A stretch of 64,000 nucleotides of DNA from an uncultured Chloroflexia bacterium (lineage in GTDB: Bacteria; Chloroflexota; Anaerolineae; B4-G1; SLSP01): positions 128,001-192,000 of the forward strand of contig CAVVUS010000014.1 in the NCBI GenBank assembly GCA_963751345.1, read 5' to 3'. Positions 59,275 through 64,000 of the stretch are shown piece by piece. Positions within the stretch are counted from its first letter, which is position 1. Every line of letters starts with the position of its first letter. The position numbers and the translations under genes were made by a program. The notes beneath the pieces were generated by a model that worked only from the letters and a program-made list of their open reading frames with translations, did not search any database and was not told the origin of the DNA.

Positions 59275-59861
59275 CTACGCCAGCCGCGCTGCCCCAACCG
59301 GAAGGCGACCTTGTTGACGTCAGCGTACTTCTGGGGCACGCGCCGCAGAATCGCCGCCTCCCACACCTGCGGATCGGTCTCCAGATGGGACGAGAGCGCG
59401 GCAAGCATGATGGTATTGACCGTCCGCGTGTTGCCTGCCTGCTCAGCCAGCGGCAGTGCATCCACGACGACGACCTCGGCGGCGCGCTTCCGCAGAGCGG
59501 CAAGGATCGCGTCTTCGTCAGGGTAGACGGCGTTCCCCACGCTGATCGACATCGGCATGATCCGCTGGCGATTGACCACGACCGTGCCTCCGGGACGCAG
59601 CCAGTCGATCCAACGCAGAGCCTCAAGCAATTCAAACGCCATCAGCAGGTCGACCGTGCCCTTCTCCGAGGTGGGCGAGCCGACCGACGGCGCCCAGCGA
59701 ATGTGGCTCTCCACCACACCGCCGCGCTGCGCGAAGCCGTGGACCTCCGACTTCTTCGCATCCAATCCCAGGTCCAGCCCCACCTGGGCTGCGATATCCG
59801 ATGCTGTGAGAATGCCTTGCCCGCCGACGCCGACGAAGAGCATGTTGAGTGTTTTGATCAT
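59275..59861 (-). CDS. iorB: Indolepyruvate:ferredoxin oxidoreductase beta subunit (stop displaced by an indel)
   Basis: VGVGGQGILTAS, KKSEVHGFAQRGG, FELLEALR, NTIMLAAL. Confidence 0.9.
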
Positions 59862-61668
59862 AGTGCCTCCGGGGCTATCGCCTGCACCGGACAGACCTGC
59901 ATACAGACCGTGCAGCCCGTGCAGAGCAAGGGGTCGATCGCTGCTTTTCGCTTGCCGCTGGTTGCGTAGATCTCATCACTCTTGATGACAGCCGGGCAGC
60001 CTACGTTGAAGCACGAACCACACGTGACGCATTTCGCCGGGTCGACGTGCATCTTGGGCTGCGGGTGGAAGTAGGGCGTGAAGACACACGCGCCGCGCAC
60101 GACGACGACCGCCGGGCCATCCTCGTGTCGGGTGGCATTGCGCAGGGTCTTGTTCACGCCGTCCACGTTCCAGGCATCGACCTCTTCCACAAAGGTGACG
60201 CCCATCGCGCGGCAGACCGCTCGCGATATCGATCTCCTTGTTTTGGTCGCCCTGGAGCGTGATGCCCGTCCCGGGATGTTCCTGCTGCCCGGTCATCGCC
60301 GTGATGCGGTTGTCGAGGATGGCAACCGTGATGTTGCTCCGGTTGTAGACGGCAGAAGCCAGCGGCGCCATACCCGAGTGGAAGAAGGTGCTGTCGCCGA
60401 TGGTGGCGATGGCGGTCTCCTGTCCTCCGGCGCGCTCAAAGCCGTGGGCCATCCCGATGCTGGCGCCCATCGAGATCAACATGTCGACGGCTTCGAAAGG
60501 AGGTAAGGCGCCCATCGAATAGCAGCCGATGTCGCCTGCAATCATACCTTTGCGCTTATACCGCCGCAGGTTGTAGAAGAAAGCGCGGTGTGGGCAGCCC
60601 GGGCAGAGCGCCGGCGAACGCTCGGGGACGGAAACTTCGGTCACTGGCGCGGGCTCCTCACGCGGTGCCTCTTCCAACAGCCCGGCCTCGTAGGCCGCCC
60701 GGCGCACCCTGGCGAGCGTGAGCTCGCCGCACGCCGGGACCACGTCCTTACCGTGGGCGACCTCGATCCCCGCAGCCTTGAGTTGCTCCTCGATAAAGGG
60801 ATCCAACTCCTCGATGACGATCAGCGAATCCACGGCGTCGGCGAACTCGCGGATCTTCGCGATGGGAAGAGGATAGCTCATGCCCAGCTTCAGGATCGAC
60901 TTGTTCCCGAGGACTTCGCGCACGTATTGGTAGGTGATCCCCGTGGTCACGATGCCAACGTCGGTATCACCCCACTCGATGCGATTGACCCCACGGTCAA
61001 ACCCCTCGGTCGCGGACCACGCTGCCACGTGCAGCGAGCCGCTCCTCAATCTCCGGATGACGCCGGCGCGCCACAGCCGGCATGATCACCCGATCGACGC
61101 CGTCCTCACGGTCAAAGCGAGCCAGGGGCTGGAACTGGCGTTCGCCCGGCACCTGTGCCTCAACCGCCGATTTGGAGTGCGAGAGGCGCGTGGTCGAGCG
61201 GAGCATCACGGGCGTGCGGAAAGTCTCGCTGACGTCCAGTGCCACGCCCACAAACCGCCGCGCGTCCTCACTATCCGAGGGATCGAAGCAGGGGAACTTG
61301 CCGATCCGGGCGTATTGCCGGTTGTCCTGCTCGTTCTGCGAGGAGAAAGCGCCGGGATCGTCGGCGCTTACGAGGACCAGCCCTCCCTTGACGCCCGTGT
61401 AGGAAACCGACATCAAGCTGTCGGCCGCCACGTTCACCCCCACGTGCTTCATCGCGCAGAGTGTCCTGGCCCCACCGAAAGAGGCCCCAACCACGTTATC
61501 CAGTGCCACCTTCTCGTTGCTGGCCCATTCGGCGCGTACCCCCGGATAACGCGCGAAGGCCTCAAGGACCTCCGTCGAAGGCGTGCCCGGATAAGCGGAG
61601 GCATATTGAACGCCTGCCTCCCAGGCGCCAAGCGCGATGGCTTCATTCCCCGAAAGCAGCACCTTCAT
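59858..61668 (-). CDS. iorA: Indolepyruvate:ferredoxin oxidoreductase alpha subunit (frameshifts near 61020-61070 and 60215)
   Basis: LLSGNEAIA, YPGTPS, MKHVGVNVAAD, CPGCPHR, GDIGC, IGDSTFFHSG, C-terminal ferredoxin CxxCxxC motifs. Confidence 0.92.
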
Positions 61669-61705
61669 TCACTAACCTCCTGACCGAATAGGACATCGTC
61701 GCAAC

Positions 61706-61738
61706 AAGAAAACGCGTGCCTCCGCACCGAGGACGCGT
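61706..61738 (-). terminator. Intrinsic terminator inside the iorA 5' leader (attenuator candidate)
   Basis: Minus strand ACGCGTCCTCGGTGCGGAGGCACGCGT-TTTCTT, about 40 nt upstream of the iorA start. Confidence 0.65.
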
Positions 61739-61933
61739 CACCGTACAGATGTGGGCAAGAAAAGTATAGCTATGCGACTTTCGCTGTCCATGATAGCCTT
61801 CCCCAATATCCGCGTCATCTGTCCGCTCTCGTCGCCGACGCCGGAATGGTGTGATAGGGAATCTCCGCGACGGCGTTTGTCGCCCGACCAACAATCGTTA
61901 TAATGGGCCGGGGTCGGCCCCACTTCTCAATCG

Positions 61934-63628
61934 GTGCAAAGACCAGTTATGGCTCTAAGAACGCTCTACCAGGCACTATTGGACAGCGATCCATCACGCC
62001 TCCGCGTCATGGCGCGCCTATGGAAGGTGGAGCTGAGCACAAGCCGCAGGACCGACATGGCCGCGGAGTTGGTCAATGCCATCGCCTCTGCAGAAGCCGT
62101 CGCCGACGGCCTGGAGCATCTCTCATCTGAGGAGCGAGAAGCCCTGGACGACCTCGTTCGGGAAGGGGGACTTTTCCCCTGGGCCATCTTCTCGCGACGA
62201 TGGGGAGAGGTGCGCACGGCGGGGCCGGGGCGTGTCGAGCGGGAGGAACTGTGGCGTGCACCCATCTCGGCTGCGGAAGCCCTGTGGTATATGGGATGGG
62301 TCCACAGGGCATTTGACGAGCAGAGAGGCCGGGCTGTCGAGATGGCCTTCGTGCCGGAGGACCTGATGCTCTACGTGCCGGGACCCCCACCTGTGCAGAT
62401 TCCTCCCCCCCCTGAGACCTCGCCACCATCCAACGTCGTCGACGGTGAGGACGCCCTGGCCGATGATCTGGTCACGCTGTGGTCGGCGGTCCAGCGGTCC
62501 GACGATAATCGTGACCATCTGCTCACGGAGATCCACGCGCCTGCCGCACAGCGATTGCACTTTCTCGAGACGCTCTCGGTGGAAAGCGGATGGCTGCGCA
62601 GCGTTGAGGACGAGAAGCTGAGTCCGGTACCCGCCACGATCCTTACCTGGCTGCAATCAGACCCCTGGGCCCAGTGGTCGAGCCTGGCAGAAGCGTGGAT
62701 CGCCAGCGAACAGTGGGATGACCTCGCCCACGTGGAGACGCTTGTACCCGATCCGGTCAATGGCTGGCCACACGATACTCGGGCCGCGCGACAGGCGCTT
62801 CTCCAAATCTTGCGGAAATGCGATCCTGACCGGTGGTACGGTCTCGAGGCGTTCGTTGGCTATGCCAAGCGCTATGCCGCAGACTTTCTACGTCCTGACG
62901 GGGACTATGAATCCTGGGCGCCGAGGGACGCTCGCACAGATGCGCCACTGCGGGGCTTTGACGGTTGGCACGCGGTGGAAGGTGCCCTGATCCTGCAGAT
63001 ACTCAGGGGCCCCCTGTTCTGGCTGGGCCTTGTGAGCCTGGATGCTCCGCAGGCTGACGCGGCCTCTACCGCCTTCCGATTGACAGAGGCCGGCGCTGCC
63101 ATCCTCGCCCAACGGGATGCCCCGGATATCCGCGCTTCATCCCTTATGTCACTGGAGAGCGACGGCGAGATCAGCGTGTCCCGCAGGCGACGTTACGAAC
63201 GATTCCAACTTAGCCGAATCGCCGATCCTGTCGGTGCACCGGGCAACTACCGCTATCGTCTATCTCCGTCGTCTCTGGAACGCGCGAAGCAGCAGCACAT
63301 ACCTTACGAACGTGTCATCACATTCCTCGAAAAGGGCACCAGCTCCGGCAGCCTGCCGCCTTACCTAAAGGCCGCGATTCAGCGTGCCTATCAGGGCAAG
63401 CCGGGCGCGAGTCTCGCCCGGCGATGGATACTGCAGATCCCCGACCCTCAGGTCCTGCAGATGCCGGCCATTCGTAGTCTCGTCGTGGAACAGCTCTCTG
63501 ACAGCCTGGTCGCGATCCGCGACGAGGACCGAGCGCGCGCGGCGCAGATCCTCCTGGAGAACGGCTATCCTGACGGACTTCAGGGGAGACTGATCAGCAG
63601 TTGGGGAATTCAGAGGATAAAGCTATAA
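61934..63628 (+). CDS. Helicase-associated (XPB-partner-like) domain protein
   Basis: LFWLGLV, RFQLSRIA...YRLSPSSLERA...ITFLE pattern typical of helicase-associated C-terminal domains. Confidence 0.6.
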   Translation: MQRPVMALRTLYQALLDSDPSRLRVMARLWKVELSTSRRTDMAAELVNAIASAEAVADGLEHLSSEEREALDDLVREGGLFPWAIFSRRWGEVRTAGPGRVEREELWRAPISAAEALWYMGWVHRAFDEQRGRAVEMAFVPEDLMLYVPGPPPVQIPPPPETSPPSNVVDGEDALADDLVTLWSAVQRSDDNRDHLLTEIHAPAAQRLHFLETLSVESGWLRSVEDEKLSPVPATILTWLQSDPWAQWSSLAEAWIASEQWDDLAHVETLVPDPVNGWPHDTRAARQALLQILRKCDPDRWYGLEAFVGYAKRYAADFLRPDGDYESWAPRDARTDAPLRGFDGWHAVEGALILQILRGPLFWLGLVSLDAPQADAASTAFRLTEAGAAILAQRDAPDIRASSLMSLESDGEISVSRRRRYERFQLSRIADPVGAPGNYRYRLSPSSLERAKQQHIPYERVITFLEKGTSSGSLPPYLKAAIQRAYQGKPGASLARRWILQIPDPQVLQMPAIRSLVVEQLSDSLVAIRDEDRARAAQILLENGYPDGLQGRLISSWGIQRIKL

Positions 63629-63654
63629 TCATGCCCTGGACCCGGGAGGTCTCT

Positions 63655-64000
63655 ATGTCCGAACATCCGCTTCAGAAGAAAGTCAGCGATGCGTTCTACT
63701 CACGATTCCAGCGCCGCCCCGCCATGGTGGTGCGCGCGCCGGGGAGAGTGAACCTGATCGGCGAGCATACCGACTACAACGACGGGTTCGTCCTCCCGGT
63801 TGCCGTCGACCGGGCGGCTTGGTTGGCGGTCGCGCCCCGAGGCGATGGGTGGGCTACTGTTCGCGCGATGGATATGAGAAACGACGAGAAGAAGTTCCCC
63901 GTGGACTACGTCCCTTCCTCCGGAGGGGGATGGGCCGACTATCCCAAGGGCGTCATATGGGCTTTGCTGGAAGAGGGACACTCTCCTGTTGGCATCGACG
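63655..64000 (+). CDS. galK: Galactokinase (3' end outside window)
   Basis: RAPGRVNLIGEHTDYNDGFVLPVA, WADYPKGV; RBS ggaggt. Confidence 0.93.
   Translation, partial: MSEHPLQKKVSDAFYSRFQRRPAMVVRAPGRVNLIGEHTDYNDGFVLPVAVDRAAWLAVAPRGDGWATVRAMDMRNDEKKFPVDYVPSSGGGWADYPKGVIWALLEEGHSPVGID

Noticed and set aside
58137-59969. Apparent 610-aa add fusion overlapping iorB in antisense
   Set aside because: Homology of each protein ends near 59250-59280, where out-of-frame stops exist; read-through is best explained by indels.

Overview
GC-rich chromosomal core region, most consistent with a Chloroflexota (Anaerolineae-like) genome; this is inferred from gene content, Gram-positive-type LexA boxes and a glmS ribozyme. 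No prophage, IS or CRISPR was seen. It carries a complete trpE(partial)GDCFBA operon, a MazEF-type TA pair, prs-meaB-B12 domain, two tandem DarA/PstA-like c-di-AMP receptors, trmI, glmS with its ribozyme, a CUT1 sugar ABC transporter, xpt-guaA, mutS, a hybrid PAS kinase, uvrB, ricT, two tRNA-Ala genes, era, a glycyl radical enzyme (GRE) followed by nucleoside-handling genes, iorAB and galK (partial). About 20 genes carry 1-nt frameshifts, most likely long-read indel errors. Best leads: (1) an unannotated 54-aa membrane peptide behind a near-consensus promoter with two LexA boxes (candidate SOS division inhibitor or toxin); (2) an orphan eliminase-type GRE heading a nucleoside phosphorylase/LOG/methyltransferase/adenosine deaminase run; (3) a leader-peptide attenuator upstream of iorAB; (4) extra RNA elements around the glmS ribozyme.
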